32,000 bases of DNA. Origin: Candidatus Poseidoniaceae archaeon. GTDB lineage: Archaea; Thermoplasmatota; Poseidoniia; Poseidoniales; Poseidoniaceae. The position numbers and the translations under genes were made by a program. Each line of letters opens with the position of its first letter. Within the stretch, counting starts at the first letter, position 1. The notes below the pieces were generated by a model, which saw only the letters and a list, made by a program, of their open reading frames with translations, was not told the DNA's origin and did not search any database. The DNA lies in the NCBI GenBank assembly GCA_943789275.1, contig CALSTM010000002.1, forward strand, positions 450,001 to 482,000, read 5' to 3'. This document shows, in pieces, positions 1 to 9,299 of the stretch.

Positions 1-3000
1 ACCAGTTCAATGCGTATCTCTGTGTTTGAGGCGCCGGTAGCATCGGTTGTCAAGTTACTGAAGGTGTAGGCAAACAAACCATCACTGGCCGCAGTCTGAA
101 TAAATTCGTGGCCTTCGATATCAAAGTCATCGTCTCCATACGGAGCGTCAAACAGAACCTTCCATTCATAGCGTTCGATACCGTTTCCATCTAGAGCGTC
201 TTCATCAGAAGAGTTTCCTGCATCGAAATACACGGTAACTCCACCGTTGTTTTCATTCAACCGGATTTGGTGAACATCCCATTCTTTTGACTGGATGGTG
301 TTGGTTCCCAAGAAGTCAATCTGTTCTGCGTATTCATCACGCATGTCAATTTCTGCGTCTGCAGTAGGTCTGAATGCATCTGCATAGACGTCGTTGGTTT
401 CTACAGTCACTGAAATCACACGAGAGTGCCCTTGGGCGTCATGAAGAATAAGCGTGATGTCCCATTGCTCGCCTTGTGTGCAACCGGTAGCAGATGCAAG
501 GTCGGTCTTACAGAACATCATCAACGGATTGTTCTCCGAGGTGTGAGCAGTTCCGCTTGCCATAGTTGCACCCGTCCATGAGGTTGGACCATCGATAATC
601 CAATCCGTGTTCAAAGATTCAGTTGTATCTGAAACAAAGGAGAAGGTGAGTTCTGCATTGCTCTTGATGTAATGTTCCTTGTAACCACCGGTACTTGGGT
701 CGTTGTCAGGAGTTACGCCGTTGATTTGCAAATCAAGGCCATCACCAAGCACACCGAATCCGGTTGGGTAGGGTGTTACTTGGTAACTGAGCATGTTTCC
801 AAGAAGAGGCAAGGTTGTGCTGTCTGCTCGCTCTGAGTGCGTTGCAACGTCAATTGTCGAGACAATCAGTCCACCGGCTTGGTAACTGCAAACACCCAAG
901 ATGGTATCTTTCTGTTGTGCTAGAGTTCCGTCTTGACGGATGATTCTTTGGAATGTACCGTCTTTCTTGGTTTCACTGTATCCACCGCAACGCTCTGGGA
1001 CATTGTTCGCACTCTGAGAGTTCGTGTCCAGGACCGCTGTAGCAACGGTTGAGGATGCATCGAATCCTTGGAATGCCGCAAGGTCAACGTTTTCCATAAG
1101 TGGGTGGTATGGATCTGCGAAGTTCGTTTCTGCGTATGTGATTGGCGTTTCTCCGAGGTTCTTACTCTGAATGTTCAATCCAAACGGAAGTCGTCCAGAC
1201 AAACCTTGTTCAAGACCGTAAACTTGGCTTCCTTGTGGTCCAAGGTGGGCTTGTACTGTTCCACCTGCATACATGAAGCCCTCAAGGGTGTTCTTGTTTG
1301 CTGTTGAGCCCAACTTCTGATAGTAACCTCGTCCACCGTTTTCGATGTCCTTAGCAGCGATATCAGTTTGCCATGGCAATACAATCTTGTCGTAGTGAGT
1401 AAACCAGCCGCTAAGGAAGTAAGTGTCCCAATCGTTAATGTCGAATTGAGTGTAGGTCATTCCGAGTAGATTCAAATCTTCCTTGATTGCAGATGTTCGC
1501 GGTGAAGTGTCCGAAAGAATGGCTACATCTACCGAATCAGCAAAGGTTGCATGGAAGTAACGAACGTTACCTGACGGGTTGCCATTCGCAAGTTCAGCAT
1601 CGAAACTGATGTTGTACTCGTGTCCGTCTTGCCATCCGTTCCACGGCGTAAAAGACACATCGATGAGTTGGTGCGAGTCAAGAGATTGAGCAGGACCAGC
1701 CGTCGTGGTATGAGCTTGTGAACCTGCAGTCATGTCGAAGATGTTCATGTTGAACACGTAGTCACCTGCAAGAACTCCGTTGGTTGCCTTGACGGTCCAA
1801 TCGTGCGTAAGTGCACTGTCAATCGGCATAACACATTCAAGCGTTTGGTCGTTCAAACAGTTGAGTGTGTTTGGCTTACCCAAGGTGATATCAACCGATT
1901 CAACGTTGAAAATCACCGTCTCACGGTTGTTCGAAAGGGACAACTCATTATCGTTGAACCAGGACTTTCCAACCGTGGTGTTGTCGAAAATGGTCTCAAC
2001 ATCAATTTTGTAAACGCCGGCAAAGAACTCGTGGCTTGCAACGAGGTCGGTTGAAGCCATATCAGCATCGATGTTGGTCTTGGAAATGGTGTATGCATTG
2101 TCTTCGATGAAGGTGAACTCTTGGAGAGAGATGTTGTTGAAAGCAACTCCCTTAAATCCGTCGTTTATTCCGTTGCGTCCATCGTCATCGGACTGGAATT
2201 CAAAGTTAATGTCTACAGTAGAACCTGCAAGTGAAGTGCATTCAAATGCCCAGTCAGAACTGACACTTGACGACGTGTTGAGTGCATACAAGTGTGTCAA
2301 GTCAATACTCGTGGTTGCAACAAGGTCGTTGGTGTTGAAGAACACGTTGTAATTTCCAGCAGAGCCATCGGTCGATGCATCGTCTCCAATGTAGGAGATT
2401 TCGGCAAAGTCGATTGGTTCAGACTCGTTAACAATATTGTCGCCGTTTTCGTCGATTTGACAGGTTCCGTCTTCGTTGTAATCGTTCCATTGCCCCATAA
2501 CTACGCTGCTGTAAGTAGCGCCATCGCGGAGGATGTCGAGGGTCATTGCGGCATAGTCGTTTACATCAACAATACTTGTTCCATCCGAATCAATGCCGTA
2601 GAATGTGTCAGCATAATACTCGAAGTTGAGAGAAACGAAATCCCCACTCATCGACGTGAGATCAACACCAGGTATGGTGAGCGTTTCGTTTGCCCATGCA
2701 TCGCTGTAACCGTTGGAGCCTGTATCGCAAGGGTGTCCGAACCAATAGGCGTGGTTGTTGAATATTTTCTCTTGGCAGGTGTCCTCATTGTAGACTGCAC
2801 CTTGAGGGTTTTGACTCTCTTCGTATCGGTATCCGTCTGCTCCGCCTTCAAAAGTTTCCTCGCAAAGTGCAGTCGGGGTGCCACAGTAAATGTCGGAAGG
2901 AGTTGCCGAATAGACCGTCGCCTTGACATCATAATCAACTGCGGTGTTTCCATAGTTGTTGGTTTCTACCTCGATATCAAAGATTCCTTCAGCATACAAT

Positions 3001-5675
3001 CCTCCGGGGTTGAAGTACTCAAGACTCTCGACCATTGGGTCGTAAAGGTTGAATGGAGTAATGTATCCAACAATTTCGTCGTTTTGGCTCTGTTCATCCC
3101 AAGTGTTTCCTGACAATACTGCGGAAATGCGATACGTCGTATCGTTCAGCAGGTTTGCTGAGATGGAGGTCGTAAATTCTTGACCAGGTCCGAGATTGTT
3201 GAGTGGTACATTGGCTTGCTGGACTTGTGGGTTTGGTTCAAACGCAGTGGTTTGCTTCCATATGGTCAGATTGTCGACAGCGAATCCGTCACGACCGGTC
3301 CATTGCGAGTCGTTATCAGCAGAAATTGAACCTTCGAAACCAGTTCGCAATCGGAATCGGATATCGATTGTTTCCCCAGCCCACGGGCTGAGGTCGAATG
3401 CTCCATCGCCTTCTTCAGTGAAGTTATTCCAACCGTAGTAGGTTCCGAATGAATAAACGCCGTAGTAGTAGATTCCTTCCGGAGCGCCGCCAATAGCTTG
3501 CTTGTACATGCGATCCATGTCAAATCCACCCCACATCGATTCACCTGAAGCGCAGGCTCCAGCGAGTTGAGCACTTTGTGGGCACGAAATAGTAGACCAT
3601 CCAGTTTCGGTACTTCCGATTTCAATCATGGCAATGTCATCCCAGACATCACCAGCGAGGTAGTTGCCAGATTGGTCGAGACTTCCAAGGACGCCATGTC
3701 CCAAGTGTCGGAACAGTTCAAGACTCATGAAAGCACGGTCAGAACCGGTCAAGTCAACGTCTTCCAAGACCATTGCATCGTCCCAGTTTCGTCCATATCC
3801 AGACCATGTGTCTCCGCTGGAGTTGGTGTCGTAATATCCGGCCCACATGAAGTCAGTTGGGTTGTTGTAGTTCGCTGAAACGTTCGGATCGTTGTTGCCC
3901 GATGTCCCACCAACCGAATTGTTGGTTTCTTCATGCCACATTGTTGCTTGGTCAATGTATTCTTCGTAAGACCATGTACATCCACTGCATGAGGCTTTGT
4001 TCTCAGGAGCATCCCAATCCATCTCGTAGACCGTTGTATTGGATGAATTTGCTGCATCGACTATTTTGAGTTCAACATCAAGAGTGGCCTGCTGTCCATT
4101 CAAAACATCCATTCCCGTGTTGGTGACTGTGACGTTGATGTCACGAGTTCCTTCACCGACGATTCCAAAGAATTTGTCAACCGGTGAGATTTCGATGGAT
4201 GAGACGGACAAATCTTTGCTGTCCATTTCAATCACTGAAATTGTGTCGTATTGACCCTCCCAGCCGAAATTGTCTCTCCAGCCAGAGAATCGCCAGTTTG
4301 CGTGCCCTATGACCAGGTCATCAGAAGAGGTAGCGGATCCTGCCAATTGGCCGACGTCAACAACGTTCGGTCGACGTCCAGCTGCATACGAGAGCGGGCT
4401 AAGATGGCCGCCGTTCCCGTCAGATAGAGTCACTTGAACCGTTGTAGGGAAGTTGAGGAAGAACGAGGATGTTGAACCGCCAGCGGAGTCCGTCGTGTTT
4501 TGCTGGTAAGCAATGGTAGGATTAACGAAATCGGGTTCTTGGTCACCGTTAAGGTCAGCAATTGCCACGGACCACGAAATGTAAGGTCCGAAGTAAGCAA
4601 GGGTCGGTGAAGACCATGTGCCAACTGCTGAAGAGGTAACGTAGGTAACGTTCTCGAGGTTGCTGTCCATCATAACAAGGGCATCGACGACGTTATCCCC
4701 ATCCATGTCCCCGATATCGAACTCTTGAGAAGTGACGGTGTTCATGTTAATGACGTGCGAGTTTGGTGGAGGGTTCGTAGCGCTGAATGTGTAGGTTGCA
4801 GGATACGTGTTGGTAAGACAACTAAATTCGATGATGGTCATGTTGTCATCGTTTCCTGGGTTGGTGACTTGACCGGTGGTGTAGTCGACACCTTCCGCTC
4901 GTTGAAGCCACAAATCATCATCGGTACAGGTGCCCGAAAGGCCACCCGTTTCGGTTTCGCCCCAGTCCCCTACTTCCAAATTTTGATACCGGTTCTGTTG
5001 AGATGAACCGAGAGTAGTGATTGTGCCTTGAGTGTTGGAGGTCATTGGGCCACGGTATGTGACGACCCGTTGTGTTGCCAAGTCAGCAAGCAAATCGAGA
5101 ACAAACACGTCATCGTTTCCGTCTTGGTCTGCGTCGCCCACTGTCAAGTCCCAAACGTAAAAGTGAGTAAATCGAGGGCCAATGCTCCATGATTTTTCGT
5201 TGCAGCCACCGTTTTCGATGATGGTAATGTTTCCAGGATCGCCGGCAGGTGCGCCGTTATCATCGGTCTTGAAAGGGTTGTTTCGCTGGTAGATGACGAT
5301 GTCGATAGCACTGTCACCGGTGAATTCACCAACTTCGATGAATTGTACATTGGAAAACTCGTCCCACTCAGCGTTCCGGCTGGTGTTCTTGGAGACCCAA
5401 ATGTCTTGGCGTTCGCTGAAATCGCCGGCACCGTCGTTCCAAAGGATTGAGATGGTGTGGGTTCCGTCAGTCGCCATTGCCAAGTCATTGTGTCCGTCAC
5501 AGTTGAAATCACCAATCGCAACATCTTGCGGATCACGGTTTGTTGTGTATGAGCGAGCCATAGATGCACTCGCAGTTGAAGCGATTGCAGCTGTGGTCGA
5601 AAGTAACATCAGCATGACAAGTGAGATGCTTAGGGCGCGGCTTTTGAGGTGGTGGTTCTTGGGAATCATCAACAT
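1..5675 (-). CDS. giant secreted cell-surface/adhesin-like protein, truncated by the window edge (>=1,891 aa in window): signal peptide, FG-GAP/VCBS-type Ca-binding repeats, CARDB-like and MAM/choice-of-anchor-like beta-sandwich modules, PKD-like module at the edge
   Basis: Hand translation of the minus-strand frame (ATG 5675-5673 down to codon 5-3) gave no stop over 5.67 kb. It is absent from the ORF track because its stop lies left of position 1. N-terminus MLMIPKNHHLKSRALSISLVMLMLLSTTAAIASTASASMA has a charged n-region, a hydrophobic core and an ASA-type cleavage site. Repeated DxDxDG-like motifs: DFNCDGHNDLAMA, GDADQDGNDDVFV, DMDGDNVVDALV, DLNGDQEPDFV. Two paralogous modules end in GFAVDNLTIW and GVAFNNISLQ. 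Near position 1 the sequence reads VYFDAGNSSDEDALDGNGIERYEWK (PKD-like). The start could also be GTG 5678 or ATG 5669. Confidence 0.8.
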   Translation of the reverse strand, partial: MLMIPKNHHLKSRALSISLVMLMLLSTTAAIASTASASMARSYTTNRDPQDVAIGDFNCDGHNDLAMATDGTHTISILWNDGAGDFSERQDIWVSKNTSRNAEWDEFSNVQFIEVGEFTGDSAIDIVIYQRNNPFKTDDNGAPAGDPGNITIIENGGCNEKSWSIGPRFTHFYVWDLTVGDADQDGNDDVFVLDLLADLATQRVVTYRGPMTSNTQGTITTLGSSQQNRYQNLEVGDWGETETGGLSGTCTDDDLWLQRAEGVDYTTGQVTNPGNDDNMTIIEFSCLTNTYPATYTFSATNPPPNSHVINMNTVTSQEFDIGDMDGDNVVDALVMMDSNLENVTYVTSSAVGTWSSPTLAYFGPYISWSVAIADLNGDQEPDFVNPTIAYQQNTTDSAGGSTSSFFLNFPTTVQVTLSDGNGGHLSPLSYAAGRRPNVVDVGQLAGSATSSDDLVIGHANWRFSGWRDNFGWEGQYDTISVIEMDSKDLSVSSIEISPVDKFFGIVGEGTRDINVTVTNTGMDVLNGQQATLDVELKIVDAANSSNTTVYEMDWDAPENKASCSGCTWSYEEYIDQATMWHEETNNSVGGTSGNNDPNVSANYNNPTDFMWAGYYDTNSSGDTWSGYGRNWDDAMVLEDVDLTGSDRAFMSLELFRHLGHGVLGSLDQSGNYLAGDVWDDIAMIEIGSTETGWSTISCPQSAQLAGACASGESMWGGFDMDRMYKQAIGGAPEGIYYYGVYSFGTYYGWNNFTEEGDGAFDLSPWAGETIDIRFRLRTGFEGSISADNDSQWTGRDGFAVDNLTIWKQTTAFEPNPQVQQANVPLNNLGPGQEFTTSISANLLNDTTYRISAVLSGNTWDEQSQNDEIVGYITPFNLYDPMVESLEYFNPGGLYAEGIFDIEVETNNYGNTAVDYDVKATVYSATPSDIYCGTPTALCEETFEGGADGYRYEESQNPQGAVYNEDTCQEKIFNNHAYWFGHPCDTGSNGYSDAWANETLTIPGVDLTSMSGDFVSLNFEYYADTFYGIDSDGTSIVDVNDYAAMTLDILRDGATYSSVVMGQWNDYNEDGTCQIDENGDNIVNESEPIDFAEISYIGDDASTDGSAGNYNVFFNTNDLVATTSIDLTHLYALNTSSSVSSDWAFECTSLAGSTVDINFEFQSDDDGRNGINDGFKGVAFNNISLQEFTFIEDNAYTISKTNIDADMASTDLVASHEFFAGVYKIDVETIFDNTTVGKSWFNDNELSLSNNRETVIFNVESVDITLGKPNTLNCLNDQTLECVMPIDSALTHDWTVKATNGVLAGDYVFNMNIFDMTAGSQAHTTTAGPAQSLDSHQLIDVSFTPWNGWQDGHEYNISFDAELANGNPSGNVRYFHATFADSVDVAILSDTSPRTSAIKEDLNLLGMTYTQFDINDWDTYFLSGWFTHYDKIVLPWQTDIAAKDIENGGRGYYQKLGSTANKNTLEGFMYAGGTVQAHLGPQGSQVYGLEQGLSGRLPFGLNIQSKNLGETPITYAETNFADPYHPLMENVDLAAFQGFDASSTVATAVLDTNSQSANNVPERCGGYSETKKDGTFQRIIRQDGTLAQQKDTILGVCSYQAGGLIVSTIDVATHSERADSTTLPLLGNMLSYQVTPYPTGFGVLGDGLDLQINGVTPDNDPSTGGYKEHYIKSNAELTFSFVSDTTESLNTDWIIDGPTSWTGATMASGTAHTSENNPLMMFCKTDLASATGCTQGEQWDITLILHDAQGHSRVISVTVETNDVYADAFRPTADAEIDMRDEYAEQIDFLGTNTIQSKEWDVHQIRLNENNGGVTVYFDAGNSSDEDALDGNGIERYEWKVLFDAPYGDDDFDIEGHEFIQTAASDGLFAYTFSNLTTDATGASNTEIRIEL

Positions 5676-5784
5676 CACTATCCTTCCCCAACCTCTGTTG
5701 CACTTTAATTCCTTTGCTTTCAAGTTCTCAAGTGAAAACCATAAATTGTTACGCAGTAAAGCGAAAATTGCTTTCGAAATAACG

Positions 5785-5815
5785 AAAAATATATTTCGGG
5801 AAAATGAAAGAAAAG
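5785..5815 (-). terminator. oligo-T tracts downstream of the 5826-6509 gene (archaeal-type intrinsic termination signal, putative)
   Basis: The minus strand just after the TAA stop (5828-5826) reads ...ctgacTTTTcTTTcaTTTTcccgaaatataTTTTTcg. Several T4-T5 runs lie within 45 nt of the stop. A terminator function is inferred from position only. Confidence 0.3.
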
Positions 5816-5825
5816 TCAGGGGTGA

Positions 5826-6509
5826 TTAGCTGAATTTTCCAGACAACCAGCGAGGAGAAGGGCCCCATCCAGTTGCATCTCCGCCGTGAACTTTGACCAG
5901 TTTTCCAGCGGTGAAAAGGGACTCCAACCAAACTTCGAGTTTCGTACCTTCTCGGTCACCCAGGCGTTTACTCGCGATTTCTTCGATGTCTTCAGTTTTA
6001 AGAGCTGTAATCCCATAATCTCGGACAACAAGACTGAGCAATTCACGAAGCCATGCTTCAGCCATGGGGTCGACGCTCATTGCACCCTGTACTGGCCGAG
6101 GTGGCTCCATTTCTTCCAACGCTTCCATCAATTCAATTGGGTCGGGCCGAACGGGCGCTTCAAGACCGAGAAGGTCCAGTTCTTCAGCAAGATTCAGTTG
6201 TCCTATTGGACGACGCACCACGGGTATTCGTGATGGGTCAGGAGTGGGTCCCATATCTTTCGGCTTTTGAGGAATTGCTGACGGGTCATCGCTGTCAAAA
6301 TCTTCCTCATCGTATTCAGGAATGTCGATTCCAGATGTGTTGGTAGGGCGAACCTCGGTAGCGATGGGCATGGTCCATCCAACACCTTCAAGTCCTAAGT
6401 CAGAAACATGTTTCTTTACCCAAGACGCTTCACCTTCGAGGACAACATGAACATCGTGTTCATCAGCCCGAAAACGGTAGCGAACTTGACCTCTTAACTC
6501 AGCCATCAT
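5826..6509 (-). CDS. hypothetical protein (small N-terminal domain, acidic/Pro-rich linker, helical C-terminal domain)
   Basis: ORF track 5826..6515 begins at a TTG. The ATG at 6509 (MMAELRGQVRY...) is the more likely start. It lies 43 nt downstream of the aconitase stop on the same strand. I recognise no family motif. Confidence 0.55.
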   Translation of the reverse strand: MMAELRGQVRYRFRADEHDVHVVLEGEASWVKKHVSDLGLEGVGWTMPIATEVRPTNTSGIDIPEYDEEDFDSDDPSAIPQKPKDMGPTPDPSRIPVVRRPIGQLNLAEELDLLGLEAPVRPDPIELMEALEEMEPPRPVQGAMSVDPMAEAWLRELLSLVVRDYGITALKTEDIEEIASKRLGDREGTKLEVWLESLFTAGKLVKVHGGDATGWGPSPRWLSGKFS

Positions 6510-6552
6510 TCTCAATCCGCTGCGTCAAAGGTATTCAAGTTGATGCTCAAAT

Positions 6553-8121
6553 TCATTCTTGTTTCGCCAACTGCCTCAAAACAGTATGGAGAATTCCACC
6601 GTTGCGGTAATATTCAACTTCGACAGGGGTGTCCAATCGTACTTGTGCCTCAAAGGTTGAACTCGTACCGTTTGGATGTACAGCAGTGACGGTAAGCATT
6701 TGCAAGGGTTCGACATCGTTGGTAACAGGTATAGAGAACGATTCTGTCCCATCCAAGCCTAGAGAATCATGAGATTCGCCGTCGATGAAAGTCATTGGCA
6801 ATACGCCCATTCCAACAAGGTTGGAACGATGAATTCGTTCAAAAGAAGTTGCAATTACTGCTTTGATGCCAAGGAGGTAGGTACCCTTTGCTGCCCAATC
6901 ACGGGATGAACCAGTACCGTATTGGCTACCAGCGAGCACCACTTTAGGCCCTTCATACGAATGAGCTGCATTGTAAACTGAAGTGACTTCGCCGGTGGAA
7001 AAGTCTGTTGCAAATCCACCTTCAGTTCCAGGAGCCATCTGATTACGGATTCTAACGTTGGCAAATGTTCCACGCATCATAATTTCGTGGTTACCTCGGC
7101 GGCTGCCAAACGAATTAAAATCGCCTTTCGCTATGCCGCGTTCTACCAACCATTTACCTGCAGGACCATCTTCTGGGAAGGAGCCTGCAGGAGAGATATG
7201 GTCTGTTGTAATCGAATCTCCCAGCTTCAATAGCACGCGAGCATTCTCGATGCTGGTAATGGGTTGTGGTTCGGCAGAAAGGCCAGAAAAGAAGGTCGGC
7301 AATCGAATGTATGTCGAATCTGCTTGCCAAGGATACAGGGGGCTGGGTTCTGAAGGAATGCTGTCCCAGCGTGGTTCATTCATTGCATCAGAATACCGTT
7401 GCCGGAACATGTCTGGCGTGATGACCTTCAACGCTTCTTGCAATTGCTCATCGCTTGGCCACACCTCATCAAGCATCACCGGTGTACCGTCTTTTGAGTA
7501 GCCAAGGGGTTCTGTCGCCAAGTCGACTTCAAGCGAACCTGCTAAAGCATATGCGACGACCAACGGGGGGCTTGCCAAATACGACGCTTTGACTTTACCA
7601 TGCACGCGACCTTCGAAGTTTCTGTTACCTGAAATAACCGAGCCAACGATTAGGCCCGCTTCGTCAATTGCAGATTCAATGGATTCGGGGAGTGGACCCG
7701 AGTTCCCGATGCAGGTCGTACAACCGTACCCAACATTGTTGAAACCAAGAGCATTCAAGTCCTCTTGAAGTCCAGATGCTTCGTAGTATTCCGTCACAAC
7801 ACGGCTACCAGGAGCAAGAGACGTCTTGACCCATGGCTTGACTTCAAGGCCGTGTGCACGAGCGTTGCGAGCAAGTAATCCGGCTGCAAGCATAACGCCA
7901 GGATTCGATGTGTTTGTACAGGAAGTGATGGCAGCAATGACGACATCGCCGTGATTTAGGTCATAGGTTTGTCCGTCTTTGGAAACAATTGCTCCGTTGG
8001 AGAGTTGGTTTTCAGCGAGGCCGTGGCCATGATGGCCGAGTTCAGCGGTCAAAGATTCAAGGAAGTGGGATTTCATAGCCGAAAGGTCAACTCTGTCTTG
8101 GGGCCTCTTTGGTCCAGCCAA
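6553..8121 (-). CDS. acnA: aconitate hydratase A (AcnA/IRP type), C-terminal ~60% fragment downstream of a frameshift
   Basis: Contains [10 protein letters not shown]. Fe-S ligand motifs are [10 protein letters not shown] and [12 protein letters not shown]. Swivel-domain motifs are [10 protein letters not shown] and [14 protein letters not shown]. This frame is actually open back to TGA at 8178-8176 and reads [25 protein letters not shown] before the track's TTG 'start'. Confidence 0.9.
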   Translation of the reverse strand: MAGPKRPQDRVDLSAMKSHFLESLTAELGHHGHGLAENQLSNGAIVSKDGQTYDLNHGDVVIAAITSCTNTSNPGVMLAAGLLARNARAHGLEVKPWVKTSLAPGSRVVTEYYEASGLQEDLNALGFNNVGYGCTTCIGNSGPLPESIESAIDEAGLIVGSVISGNRNFEGRVHGKVKASYLASPPLVVAYALAGSLEVDLATEPLGYSKDGTPVMLDEVWPSDEQLQEALKVITPDMFRQRYSDAMNEPRWDSIPSEPSPLYPWQADSTYIRLPTFFSGLSAEPQPITSIENARVLLKLGDSITTDHISPAGSFPEDGPAGKWLVERGIAKGDFNSFGSRRGNHEIMMRGTFANVRIRNQMAPGTEGGFATDFSTGEVTSVYNAAHSYEGPKVVLAGSQYGTGSSRDWAAKGTYLLGIKAVIATSFERIHRSNLVGMGVLPMTFIDGESHDSLGLDGTESFSIPVTNDVEPLQMLTVTAVHPNGTSSTFEAQVRLDTPVEVEYYRNGGILHTVLRQLAKQE

Positions 8122-9224
8122 TGCAGGCTGAACAGTTGAGAGGTCGAGTTCCAGTGTAGCGCTGTATAGGATTTCTCAGCATCTCCTGCTGAATACCACA
8201 GGCCTTGAGCTCGTGCATAGGCTTCAACACCTGCAATTGCATCGTCTTCTCGACCACTGAGGCGGAGGTATTCGAGCGTTCGCTCGTCAACGGGGAAGAA
8301 TCCACACGTTGCGCCGTATTCAGGAGCCATGTTCGCAATAGTCGCCCGATCAGCAAGTGTCAATTCAACCATTCCTGGGCCGAAAAATTCGACAAACTTT
8401 CCAACTACACCGTGTTCCCGAAGCATCTCTACGATTCGAAGGGTCATGTCCGTTGCCGTAACGCCAGAATGAAGCGAACCATTGAGCCGCATACCGACGA
8501 CATCCGGCGCCAACATGTAGATGGGTTGGCCCAACATCACTGCTTCTGCTTCGATGCCACCAACTCCCCAACCAAGAACACCAAGTCCGTTGATCATGGT
8601 CGTGTGAGAATCGGTACCAACCAGCGTGTCTGCAAGCCAAACGCCGTTCTCTTGTCGGGCAACGCTTGCGAGGTATTCGAGGTTCACCTGATGTACAATG
8701 CCGCGAGATGGAGGGACTGCTTGGAAATTATCCAACGATTGCTGCCCCCACTTCAAGAAGGTATAGCGTTCCATATTGCGATGGTATTCAATGTCCAAAT
8801 TCAGTTGTAGAGCGTCGCTGTGACCTCCGTCAACATCGACTTGAACCGAATGGTCGATGACCAAATCGACAGGCACCTGTGGATTGACTTTTTCAGGGTC
8901 GCCACCCATCTCGACCATTGCGTCTCGTAAAGCAGCAAGGTCAACGACGGCAGGAACACCGGTGAAATCTTGAAGAATAACACGCGAGGGTCTGAACGGA
9001 ATCTCTCCACGTTCACCGTTTGGAGTCCATCCAGCAATGTTGCGAATATCTTCATCACGAACCAAGAATCCGTCGTTTCCTCGAAGAGCACCCTCCAAGA
9101 GAATTCGGATCGAGTAAGGAAGAGATGAGGTGTCAATTCCATTCTCATCGAGTCCATCGAGAGCAAAGTATTCCCCACCTACCGATAGGCTTCGTCGCGC
9201 ATTGTAGGGGTCAAGAGTCGTCAT
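8073..9224 (-). CDS. acnA: aconitate hydratase A, N-terminal ~40% fragment upstream of a frameshift
   Basis: Motifs: [89 protein letters not shown]. Family similarity ends at ...AEKSYTA. The last ~28 codons ([14 protein letters not shown]...) are out-of-frame read-through. Confidence 0.9.
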   Translation of the reverse strand: MTTLDPYNARRSLSVGGEYFALDGLDENGIDTSSLPYSIRILLEGALRGNDGFLVRDEDIRNIAGWTPNGERGEIPFRPSRVILQDFTGVPAVVDLAALRDAMVEMGGDPEKVNPQVPVDLVIDHSVQVDVDGGHSDALQLNLDIEYHRNMERYTFLKWGQQSLDNFQAVPPSRGIVHQVNLEYLASVARQENGVWLADTLVGTDSHTTMINGLGVLGWGVGGIEAEAVMLGQPIYMLAPDVVGMRLNGSLHSGVTATDMTLRIVEMLREHGVVGKFVEFFGPGMVELTLADRATIANMAPEYGATCGFFPVDERTLEYLRLSGREDDAIAGVEAYARAQGLWYSAGDAEKSYTALHWNSTSQLFSLHWLDQRGPKTELTFRL

Positions 9225-9299
9225 GACTCAACCCAAACGGCCGACATCTATGAAGAAAACCCCTCTCGAGGTTCACCGGTCGCAGCGGAAGGATTGGAA

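Noticed and set aside
5676-5828. The stop of the 5826-6509 gene and the giant ORF are in the same reading frame, raising the idea of stop-codon read-through into one polyprotein
   Set aside because: The 150-nt spacer is AT-rich, with T-tract terminator-like signals. The giant protein begins with its own complete signal peptide. The shared frame is most simply a 1-in-3 coincidence.
1068-5829. About 40 short ORFs in the track on both strands, e.g. 2292..3113 (+, 273 aa), 5293..5829 (+, 178 aa) and 5144..5569 (-, 141 aa)
   Set aside because: All are nested in or antisense to the single stop-free minus-strand frame that has a signal peptide and recognisable repeats. Their sequences are low-complexity (V/C/S/T-rich) with no motifs. 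They are shadow ORFs of the giant gene.
8073-8178. Programmed -1 ribosomal frameshift joining the two aconitase ORFs
   Set aside because: There is no X XXY YYZ slippery heptamer in the ~20-nt window where homology forces the shift, and I saw no obvious downstream stem-loop or pseudoknot. Aconitase is not known to use recoding. A 1-nt indel is the simpler explanation.
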